From positions 154,820 through 218,819 of the forward strand of contig CAYGTO010000001.1 of NCBI GenBank assembly GCA_964352815.1: a DNA stretch of 64,000 nt, given 5' to 3'. The notes below the pieces were generated by a model. That model had not been told where the DNA came from. It did no database searches and saw only the letters and a program-made list of their open reading frames with translations. Source of the stretch: an uncultured Azospirillaceae bacterium (GTDB taxonomy: Bacteria; Pseudomonadota; Alphaproteobacteria; Rickettsiales; UBA3002). The position numbers and the translations under genes were made by a program. Shown here piece by piece: positions 56,525 to 64,000 of this stretch (the stretch's first letter is position 1; the number at the start of each line of letters is the position of its first letter).

Positions 56525-57349
56525 ATGCCTGAGCTCCCTGAAGTTGAAACCGTGAAAGCGGGCCTTGCACCGGTGATGGAAGGCCGGCGGATTGAGGAGG
56601 TGGTGATTCATCGCTATGATCTCCGTCAACCGGTGCCGCAAGATTTTGCTGACATTGTGACGGGTGCAACGATTGAACAGATTGATCGACGGGCGAAGTA
56701 TCTCCTGTTTCACTTAGATAATGCGCATACCGTTATCGGCCATTTGGGGATGTCGGGGCGGATGACGCACCTGTCGGCCACTCATTATGAATGGGTGAAG
56801 CATGACCATATGGAGTGGCATCTGGATGATGGTCATGCGTTTATCTTCCATGACCCGCGCCGCTTTGGGCTGATATTGCTCTCTGAAACCAATGCGCTGG
56901 GTGCGCACCCGCTATTGGCTTCTTTAGGGCCGGAACCGCTGAGTGAGGCGTTTGATGTAGCCTATTTGTATAAACGACTTAAGGGTAAAAATACCAACAT
57001 TAAAGCCGCGATCATGGATAGCCATATCGTGGTCGGGGTCGGCAATATCTACGCGTCTGAGGCGTTGTTTCGATCTAAGATACATCCTGAAACGCGGGCA
57101 GGTAACGTGTCTAAGGCAAGAGTCGCTTTGCTAGTGGAGTCGATTAAGCAGGTCCTTGCAGAAGCCATCACATCGGGCGGCTCTACGCTGCGAGATTATG
57201 TGCGTTCCAGCGGTGATATAGGATATTTCCAACATCGGTTCCAAACCTATGGGCGCGAAGGTGAGCCTTGTGTTACGTGTAGTGAATCGATCCTCAAAAT
57301 CGTACAATCGAACCGTTCAACCTACTTTTGTCCTGAGTGCCAAAAATAA
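56525..57349 (+). CDS. mutM: formamidopyrimidine-DNA glycosylase
   Basis: N-terminal MPELPEVE, H2TH region, and C-terminal zinc finger C.TC...S.R.TYFCP.CQ. Confidence 0.93.
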   Translation: MPELPEVETVKAGLAPVMEGRRIEEVVIHRYDLRQPVPQDFADIVTGATIEQIDRRAKYLLFHLDNAHTVIGHLGMSGRMTHLSATHYEWVKHDHMEWHLDDGHAFIFHDPRRFGLILLSETNALGAHPLLASLGPEPLSEAFDVAYLYKRLKGKNTNIKAAIMDSHIVVGVGNIYASEALFRSKIHPETRAGNVSKARVALLVESIKQVLAEAITSGGSTLRDYVRSSGDIGYFQHRFQTYGREGEPCVTCSESILKIVQSNRSTYFCPECQK

Positions 57350-57580
57350 TTATACACATTGGGGCTGTGGTTTTTTGACCGATGATTCAATAGCCAGATT
57401 ATTTCTCACGATTTTTCAGTAACACACCCTAAACTATCCCCGGAATTTTGTGGAAAAACGGTGCGTGATGTGTTTTTTAAAAAACGATTTTTTTTAAGCC
57501 TTAAACCCTTGCTGAGCATGGTTTGTAGCGTCAAGCGGATAAAAGTTATTTTTTTGCCCCAAATCGGCTTGACTATCCAA

Positions 57581-57589
57581 TTATCCACA
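57581..57589 (+). promoter_or_regulatory. perfect DnaA box TTATCCACA within a 366-bp AT-rich intergenic region
   Basis: Read directly. Weaker boxes in the same region: TGTGGAAAA (57449-57457, 8/9, opposite orientation) and AGCGGATAA (57534-57542, 7/9). Confidence 0.6.
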
Positions 57590-57715
57590 GATAGGGTGCA
57601 TATCTCTTCAGGGCGCAAACACAAGCCCAGTAACGAAGACAGAAAATTACAGATTTACGACGTTACAAATATGTAACAGGTAAATTAGAAGAATTATAAA
57701 CAAGGATGACACCAC

Positions 57716-57988
57716 ATGGCAAACCATGCATCGTCAAAGAAACGAATTAGACAGATCGAACGTCGCACTGCGGTAAATCGCGCGCGTGTCGGTCGTATCC
57801 GTACTTTCATTAAGAAAGTTGAAAAAGAAATCGCTGGGGGTAATGCAGACGCTGCTCGTGACGCTCTTAAGAGTGCGCAGCCTGAAATTATGCGCGGTGT
57901 AACTAAAGGCGTGTTGAAGAAAGGGACTGCGTCCCGGAAGATCAGCCGTCTTTCTCATCGTGTGAAGGCTTTGGCGTCCGCCGCTTAA
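57716..57988 (+). CDS. rpsT: 30S ribosomal protein S20
   Basis: [16 protein letters not shown]...N, 90 aa, basic helical. Confidence 0.92.
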   Translation: MANHASSKKRIRQIERRTAVNRARVGRIRTFIKKVEKEIAGGNADAARDALKSAQPEIMRGVTKGVLKKGTASRKISRLSHRVKALASAA

Positions 57989-58114
57989 AGACGACACACA
58001 CCTACTAAAGTTTGATACTGATATACTGTTTTCGGGCAATCCGGAGCTGCGTCTCCTATTGTCTAAACAATTAACTGCTAGGCCGTTAAGGCTCGCGTCT
58101 GAAGGGGAGAGAAG

Positions 58115-58591
58115 ATGCACGCAGCGCTGTCAACTGATGAGATGTTCGCGCAAGCCGCCGAACAGAAACAGCATCCGGATTATGCCGGAGAGTTGACCGC
58201 CGCTCAGGCCTACACCATCCTTGGAAATATCCAATCTGCGACCTTAGTCGATGTCCGCACGATGCCCGAATGGCAATTTGCGGGAACGGCTAATCTTGAA
58301 GAAATCCAAAAAGAACCGATACCCCTTTCATGGCGATTCTACCCCACCATGGAGGAAAACACTGACTTTGTTCAGCAACTGAGCGCTAAGATTCAGGAAC
58401 CTACAACACCACTTCTGTTTATCTGTCGAACCGGAGCGCGTTCACTCGATGCAGCAATCGCAATGACTGGAGCAGGCTATCAGCGCTGCTTTAACATCAC
58501 TGATGGGTTTGAGGGGCCCAAAGATGATGAAGGTCGCCGCGGTACTGTGGCTGGGTGGAAGGCTTCACAACTACCTTGGGAGCAAGCATAA
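58115..58591 (+). CDS. rhodanese-like domain protein
   Basis: LVDVRT..E, active-site loop ICRTGARS, and C-terminal GW....LPW. Confidence 0.75.
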   Translation: MHAALSTDEMFAQAAEQKQHPDYAGELTAAQAYTILGNIQSATLVDVRTMPEWQFAGTANLEEIQKEPIPLSWRFYPTMEENTDFVQQLSAKIQEPTTPLLFICRTGARSLDAAIAMTGAGYQRCFNITDGFEGPKDDEGRRGTVAGWKASQLPWEQA

Positions 58592-58593
58592 CA

Positions 58594-60030
58594 ATGGTAT
58601 TACCTCAACACATCAAGAAGATGAGCCCAGCAGAGCGCAAAGCGCGCCAAATTCAACAGTGGGCCCGCATACAAGACCGATTAAAATCGGCCTTTGGTGA
58701 AGCCGTCTACAATAGCTGGTTGCAGCATTTGCAGCTCGCTGACATTAAGAACGGCCAGGTGATGATTACTGTGCCAACGCGTTTCATGCGTGAATGGATT
58801 ATTTCGAACTATCTCGATTACATTTTGCGTTTGTGGAATAGCGAAGATAATAGCGTGCATTCTGTCGACATCTTTGTCCGTGCGGTACAAAACCCGCCAG
58901 CACAGGCCAACCCGAATACGGGCATTGGTTACATTGCGAACCAGAACCAGCCTCAAACGGTGCGTGAAGAAGACATCTCGATTGAAGATGATACGCCGCT
59001 TTCATCACCGCTCGATCCGCGTTACACATTCGAGAACTTTGTCGTGGGTAAGCCGAATGAATTGGCATTCGCTGCTGCGCAGCGTGTTGGTTCCGCAGAA
59101 GGCGTCGTTGCTGGCTGTAACCCACTCTTTATCTATGGCGGCGTTGGCCTTGGTAAAACCCATTTGATGCATGCGATCGCCTGGCATATCCGTCAGAATC
59201 AGCCGGAACGTAAAGTACTGTATATCTCGGCAGAGAAGTTCATGTACCAGTTTGTCCGTGCGCTGCGTCATAATAAGATGATCGACTTCAAAGAGCAGTT
59301 CCGCTCGGTTGATGTGCTGATGATCGATGATGTGCAATTCATTAGCGGCAAGGATTCAACGCAGGAAGAATTTTTCCATACATTCAATGCGTTGATTGAT
59401 CAGAACAAACAGCTGGTGATTTCGGGTGACCGTTCGCCATCAGATCTTGAGGGCATTGAGGAGCGGATTCGTTCACGCCTTGGTTGGGGTTTGGTTGCCG
59501 ATGTGCATGCGACGAGCTATGAGCTGCGCCTTGGTATTTTGCAGTCGAAAGTTGAGAAAATGCAGGGTGCGCGCGTGCCGCAAAAAGTGATCGAATTCTT
59601 GGCGCATAAGATTACGTCGAACATTCGCGAGTTGGAAGGTGCGCTGAATCGTGTGGTCGCTCATGCGACGTTGGTCAACACGCCGATCACGCTAGAGAGC
59701 ACGCAAGAAGTGTTGCATGATCTGCTCCGTGCCAATGACCGCCGCATCACGATTGATGACATTCAGAAAAAGGTCGCATCACACTTTAATATCAAGGTGA
59801 CGGACATGCACTCCGCCCGCCGTAGCGTAGCGATTGCACGCCCGCGCCAAGTGGCGATGTATCTTGCGAAAAAGCTTACATCGAAAAGCTTGCCAGAGAT
59901 TGGCCGTAAGTTTGGCGGGAAAGATCACACGACCGTCATGCACGCGGTGAAGCGCATCGAATCCTTGGCTGCGCAAGATCAGGAGCTGGCGGAGGATGTT
60001 GAACTACTCATGCGTATGCTGCAAAGTTAA
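58594..60030 (+). CDS. dnaA: chromosomal replication initiator protein
   Basis: F.NFV.G..N..A, Walker [16 protein letters not shown], and C-terminal [12 protein letters not shown]. Start taken at ATG 58594, 2 nt after the rhodanese stop; ATG 58621 is possible. Confidence 0.93.
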   Translation: MVLPQHIKKMSPAERKARQIQQWARIQDRLKSAFGEAVYNSWLQHLQLADIKNGQVMITVPTRFMREWIISNYLDYILRLWNSEDNSVHSVDIFVRAVQNPPAQANPNTGIGYIANQNQPQTVREEDISIEDDTPLSSPLDPRYTFENFVVGKPNELAFAAAQRVGSAEGVVAGCNPLFIYGGVGLGKTHLMHAIAWHIRQNQPERKVLYISAEKFMYQFVRALRHNKMIDFKEQFRSVDVLMIDDVQFISGKDSTQEEFFHTFNALIDQNKQLVISGDRSPSDLEGIEERIRSRLGWGLVADVHATSYELRLGILQSKVEKMQGARVPQKVIEFLAHKITSNIRELEGALNRVVAHATLVNTPITLESTQEVLHDLLRANDRRITIDDIQKKVASHFNIKVTDMHSARRSVAIARPRQVAMYLAKKLTSKSLPEIGRKFGGKDHTTVMHAVKRIESLAAQDQELAEDVELLMRMLQS

Positions 60031-60039
60031 TGATCCACC

Positions 60040-60123
60040 TCAATGGGCTGCTTGTGGTGTCGTTTTTCGTCTTGTGTAGTGCGGCTACACGTCGCCTCGA
60101 ACTCCTAGCACTCAGCCCATTGA
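60040..60123. repeat. nested stem-loop in the dnaA-dnaN intergenic region
   Basis: Perfect 11-bp inverted repeat TCAATGGGCTG (60040-60050) / CAGCCCATTGA (60113-60123), enclosing hairpin GTGTAG-tgcgg-CTACAC (60074-60090). A further hairpin CCCCGCA-N9-TGCGGGG lies at 60185-60207. Confidence 0.5.
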
Positions 60124-60256
60124 TCTGAATCATAGGTATGGTAATCGGGGTGATATATTAAAACCTCTTTACAATTGTGCATAACCCCGCAGAAACCGTT
60201 TGCGGGGGTGTGCTTTCCCTAGTAAAACCCTACTATTAACGCTATCAGAGGGTTTC

Positions 60257-61369
60257 ATGAAATTTTCAATCGACCGCGCCATCTTCCTAAAAGTTCTCGG
60301 GCATGTTCAGTCCGTTGTCGAACGTCGCGGAACCATTCCTATTCTATCTAATATTCGTGTCGATGCAAAGGGCGGCAAGCTTAGCCTGACGGCGACTGAC
60401 ATGGATATTGCGGTGGTGGACAGCACGGAAGCGCAGATTGATGAAGAGGGGTCCACAACGATCCCCGCGCACACGCTATATGACATTATTCGTAAGTTGC
60501 CAGATAGTGCGAACGTATCTATGGAGCAAGAAAAGGAAGGTAAAATTGCGATCAAAGCCGGTTCTTCTCGGTTCCTCATCTCAAGTTTACCGGTAGATGA
60601 TTTCCCGGTGATGGCCGAGGGTGAGTTGCCATTTAGCTTTACGTTAAAAGGTAAGGAATGCCAGGCGTTGATTGATAAAACGAGATTTGCGATTTCAACG
60701 GAAGAAACTCGTTACTACCTAAACGGTGTGTATCTTCATGTTGCGAACCACGATGGATCGAGCGTGTTGCGTGCGGTTGCGACGGACGGTCACCGTTTGG
60801 CGCGTATTGAGGTTCCTGTGCCTGATGGTGCAGCGGATATGCCAGCCATCATTATTCCGCGCAAGACCATCAATGAGCTGTCAAAGTTGATCGAAGGCGC
60901 GGATGAAGTTAAAATTTCTCTTTCTGATAGCAAGGTGCGCTTCGAATGTGGCAATGCAACGCTTGTGTCAAAATTGATTGATGGTACCTTCCCAGATTAT
61001 GAACGTGTGATTCCTCACGGTAACGATAAGATTCTCGAACTTGATAGCAAAGCCTTTGCTAATGCGGTGGATCGTGTCTCGGTTATTGCGTCTGAAAAAT
61101 CGCGCGGCATCAAACTGGATATTAATACAGGCCGCGTGGCGATGTCTGCAAGTAGTGCAGAGCAAGGCAATGCATCGGAAGAGCTAGAGGTGAATTACGG
61201 TGCAGAGCCGGTAGAAATTGGTTTCAACGCGCGTTATTTGATTGAAGTGATGCAGCAGATTGAAGGCGACACGGCCCAGTTTGTGTTGTCTGAGTCCGCC
61301 TCGCCGGCGCTGGTGCGCGATCCGGCAGATGTGGGCGCGCTCTACGTTGTGATGCCAATGCGCGTGTGA
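60257..61369 (+). CDS. dnaN: DNA polymerase III beta sliding clamp
   Basis: MKFSI.R..FLK.L.HVQ.VVERR.TIPILSN, three-domain length (370 aa), and C-terminal MPMRV. Start at ATG 60257. Confidence 0.93.
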   Translation: MKFSIDRAIFLKVLGHVQSVVERRGTIPILSNIRVDAKGGKLSLTATDMDIAVVDSTEAQIDEEGSTTIPAHTLYDIIRKLPDSANVSMEQEKEGKIAIKAGSSRFLISSLPVDDFPVMAEGELPFSFTLKGKECQALIDKTRFAISTEETRYYLNGVYLHVANHDGSSVLRAVATDGHRLARIEVPVPDGAADMPAIIIPRKTINELSKLIEGADEVKISLSDSKVRFECGNATLVSKLIDGTFPDYERVIPHGNDKILELDSKAFANAVDRVSVIASEKSRGIKLDINTGRVAMSASSAEQGNASEELEVNYGAEPVEIGFNARYLIEVMQQIEGDTAQFVLSESASPALVRDPADVGALYVVMPMRV

Positions 61370-61471
61370 TTTCCGATGAGCTAGCACTGTTTCTATTCAT
61401 CGTACTTAAAATAACGCTGTGTTCCGGGTTACACACCCCATGATCTTCACAGCCGCATGAGCGGAAATTGT

Positions 61472-62689
61472 ATGTTACGTATCTCACAGCTTACGCTCAC
61501 CAACTTTCGAAATTATCCGTTCCTAGAACTCAAAACGGATGCGTTGTTCAACGTGGTTGTTGGGCATAATGGTGCGGGCAAAACCAATATTCTTGAAGCG
61601 ATCTCTTTTCTGACTGCGGGGAGGGGGCTGCGTAATGCGGTCCTGTCTGAAATTGACTCTTTTCGTCATCCTGTGAATTACCCTAGTAATTGCGCAGGAT
61701 CTGTAGAGATAGATTCTGTGCAAACGGTCAGTACCGTTTCACAAAATGACATAGGTCCTTGGGTGGTTGCTGCCAGCATTCATAAAACAGATGAACATCT
61801 TACGATTGGTACGGGCCGTGACCCGATGGCAGCAGGTGAAAAGCGTCTCGTCAAAATCAATGGCAAAAAGGCGGTGTCGCAAACAAAACTCGGCGAATAC
61901 CTTTCTATTGTTTGGCTCACCCCAGCGATGGACGGGCTGTTCCGCGATAGTGACGGCACGCGCCGCCGTTTCCTTGATCGGCTTGCCTATAGCCGCTTTC
62001 CGCGCCATGCGTATCATACGAGCGCTTACGAAAAACAAATGCGCGAGCGGAATCGGCTGCTCAAAGACGGGGCGCATGAGCCAAGCTGGTATAACGCTCT
62101 CGAACAATCGATGGCCGAACATGCCGCGCCGATTCTAAAAGCCCGTCATGAAACATTGGACGCGCTGAATCATTTTATCGCGGAAGAAGTCGGTGATTTT
62201 CCAAAAGGGAACCTCATGCTTGAAGGCCTTGCCGATGATGCGTTTCGTATGGCACCCGAAGATATCCAATCTTCTTACGCCGACATGCTGAGCCAGGCGC
62301 GCGCGCAGGATCGCCGAGCGGGCCGAACGTTAAAAGGATTACACACTTCTAGGCTCCATGTTATCTACAGTAATAAGAAGATGCCAGCGGCGCAATGTTC
62401 GACCGGTGAACAAAAGGCATTGCTAATCTCGATTCTACTTGCCCATGCGCGCGCACAGCGGGAAACCATGGAAAGTGCTCCGATTTTACTGCTCGATGAA
62501 GTGGTGGCGCATCTCGATGAAAGCCGCCGCCGTTCATTGTTTGAGGTGTTAGAGCAGCTGAATACACAGGTCTGGATGACTGGTACCGATGCGGCAGATT
62601 TCTCTTCCGCGCCATCACGCTCTACTTGGTTCGAAGTCAAAGATGGCGCTGTTTGCACATCTATGTTTGCCGCCCTCGAAACATCGTAA
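61472..62689 (+). CDS. recF: DNA replication and repair protein RecF
   Basis: L.L.NFRNY, Walker A GHNGAGKTNILEA, signature SGEQK-like STGEQKALL, and Walker B LLLDEV. Contains an extra ~35 aa after the Walker A region. Confidence 0.88.
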   Translation: MLRISQLTLTNFRNYPFLELKTDALFNVVVGHNGAGKTNILEAISFLTAGRGLRNAVLSEIDSFRHPVNYPSNCAGSVEIDSVQTVSTVSQNDIGPWVVAASIHKTDEHLTIGTGRDPMAAGEKRLVKINGKKAVSQTKLGEYLSIVWLTPAMDGLFRDSDGTRRRFLDRLAYSRFPRHAYHTSAYEKQMRERNRLLKDGAHEPSWYNALEQSMAEHAAPILKARHETLDALNHFIAEEVGDFPKGNLMLEGLADDAFRMAPEDIQSSYADMLSQARAQDRRAGRTLKGLHTSRLHVIYSNKKMPAAQCSTGEQKALLISILLAHARAQRETMESAPILLLDEVVAHLDESRRRSLFEVLEQLNTQVWMTGTDAADFSSAPSRSTWFEVKDGAVCTSMFAALETS

Positions 62690-62705
62690 AAAAACCCGCC
62701 GGACC

Positions 62706-62714
62706 CGTGGATAA
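62706..62714 (-). promoter_or_regulatory. DnaA-box-like element (CGTGGATAA; reverse complement TTATCCACG, 8/9)
   Basis: Read directly in the recF-gyrB intergenic region. Confidence 0.3.
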
Positions 62715-62807
62715 GTGCGGATTTTATTAGGCGATTGGAGTGATTTCAGCTATGTAGAGAGCCATGAAAATGAATAACGAAAACAAGAGATTAATGAGCT
62801 TAACATT

Positions 62808-64000
62808 ATGGCTGAAGTAGCAGAAAAAATGGATCCAGTGAACGTCGATATAGCGGGGAACGCAACCCAAGATTATGGCGCAAGTTCTATCAAAGTGCTC
62901 AAGGGCTTAGAGGCGGTTCGTAAGCGTCCTGGCATGTATATTGGCGACACGGACGATGGCTCTGGCTTGCACCATATGGTCTATGAGGTGGTCGATAATG
63001 CGATCGATGAATCGCTCGCGGGCCATTGCGATTTGGTGACCGTATCAATCAATGCCGATGGTTCAGTCAGCGTGAGTGATAATGGGCGCGGAATCCCCGT
63101 TGAGATGCATGAGGGTGAGGGCATGTCGGCGGCGGAAGTGATTATGACGCAGCTTCATGCTGGCGGTAAGTTTGATCAAAATTCCTACAAAGTGTCTGGC
63201 GGCTTGCATGGTGTTGGGGTGTCGGTCGTAAACGCATTGTCGGAATGGCTTGAACTCCGCATTTGGCGCGATGGCAAAGAGCATCATATGCGTTTTGAGC
63301 TCGGCGAAACCACGAAGAAGCTCGAAGTGGCGGGAGATGCGAATGGACAGAAAGGTACGGAAGTCACTTTCTTCCCATCGGATACGATTTTCACTAACAT
63401 TAATTTTGATTATGAAATACTTGAGCGGCGTTTGCGTGAGCTGGCCTTCTTGAATTCGGGAACGCGGATTTTATTGTCCGACATGCGCCCCGAAGAGCCG
63501 ATTTCTATTGAACTTTATTACGAAGGCGGCACACTAGCCTATGTCGATTACCTTGATCGTAACAAGCAGGCGCTGCACGAGCCGCTAATGATTATGGGCG
63601 AAAAGTCGGACATTGGCGTGGAAATGGCCCTACAATGGAACGACTCTTATCACGAAAATGTGCTTTGTTTCACGAACAATATTCGTCAACGTGACGGTGG
63701 GACACACTTACAAGGCTTTCGTGCTGCGCTCACGCGGGTGATCAATAATTATGCGACCTCGACAGGATTGTCGAAAAAAGAGAAAATCTCACTTACCGGT
63801 GATGACGCACGCGAAGGACTAACCTGTGTGTTGTCTGTCAAAGTGCCCGATCCGAAATTTTCGTCGCAAACCAAAGATAAACTGGTTTCCTCTGAAGTGC
63901 GGACGGCAGTGGAAGGGCTTGCATATGAGAAACTGGCGCAGTGGTTTGAGGAACATCCGAATGATGCGCGGATTATTGTAGGAAAGATTGTTGAAGCCGC
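62808..64000 (+). CDS. gyrB: DNA gyrase subunit B, 3' end beyond window
   Basis: Open frame from ATG 62808 to the window edge; it is absent from the ORF track because it has no stop in the window. [47 protein letters not shown]. Confidence 0.93.
   Translation, partial: MAEVAEKMDPVNVDIAGNATQDYGASSIKVLKGLEAVRKRPGMYIGDTDDGSGLHHMVYEVVDNAIDESLAGHCDLVTVSINADGSVSVSDNGRGIPVEMHEGEGMSAAEVIMTQLHAGGKFDQNSYKVSGGLHGVGVSVVNALSEWLELRIWRDGKEHHMRFELGETTKKLEVAGDANGQKGTEVTFFPSDTIFTNINFDYEILERRLRELAFLNSGTRILLSDMRPEEPISIELYYEGGTLAYVDYLDRNKQALHEPLMIMGEKSDIGVEMALQWNDSYHENVLCFTNNIRQRDGGTHLQGFRAALTRVINNYATSTGLSKKEKISLTGDDAREGLTCVLSVKVPDPKFSSQTKDKLVSSEVRTAVEGLAYEKLAQWFEEHPNDARIIVGKIVEA

Noticed and set aside
57406-57676. 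Two overlapping 71-72-aa ORFs in the mutM-rpsT gap
   Set aside because: They are low-complexity translations of AT-rich intergenic DNA with no RBS. The region is better explained as regulatory or origin DNA.
1-64000. Scan for CRISPR arrays, rRNA genes, IS elements/transposases, integrases, retrons or other known defence systems
   Set aside because: No regularly spaced direct repeats were seen. No rRNA-like sequence is present. No ORF has DDE, tyrosine-recombinase, reverse-transcriptase or nuclease/helicase defence motifs. The only toxin-type module is Doc/AbrB.

Overview
The window is a contiguous, gene-dense chromosomal segment that looks alphaproteobacterial. This rests on a hemC-hemD-Mic60-like-hemY-like cluster, an Irr-type Fur regulator and a COG5388 PAS protein. 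No rRNA, CRISPR array, transposase or integrase was seen. Most genes are housekeeping: tsaD, metC, ileS, gpsA, glnA, purA-hisZ, an RND efflux pair, tRNA-His, pyrD, polA, cysK, dut-coaBC, ubiB-ubiE, mutM, rpsT, and dnaA-dnaN-recF-gyrB at the right end.

Observations worth a second look:
1. ileS carries an in-frame RimJ/RimL-type GNAT acetyltransferase domain of about 173 aa inserted in its editing-domain region.
2. An ~11 kb type IV pilus / MSHA-like locus (pilB/mshE-like, pilC, a GspL/PilMN-like protein, a PilO-like protein, a periplasmic protein, an orphan ABC ATPase, a convergent pilT-pilU-TPR operon) has no pilin, prepilin peptidase or secretin in the window. Its PilB carries tandem MshEN-type c-di-GMP-binding motifs.
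3. An upstream motif, identical over 17 nt at two sites and 13/14 at a third, sits exactly 22 nt before a -10-like hexamer in front of three unrelated unrecognised loci.
4. Two canonical sigma-54 promoters are present, one with a perfect 10-bp inverted repeat just upstream.
5. A DnaA-box-containing AT-rich intergenic region coincides with a gene-orientation switch and is a candidate oriC.
6. A Doc/AbrB toxin-antitoxin pair abuts the polA stop codon.

All functional calls come from reading motifs in the supplied translations. No database search was run.
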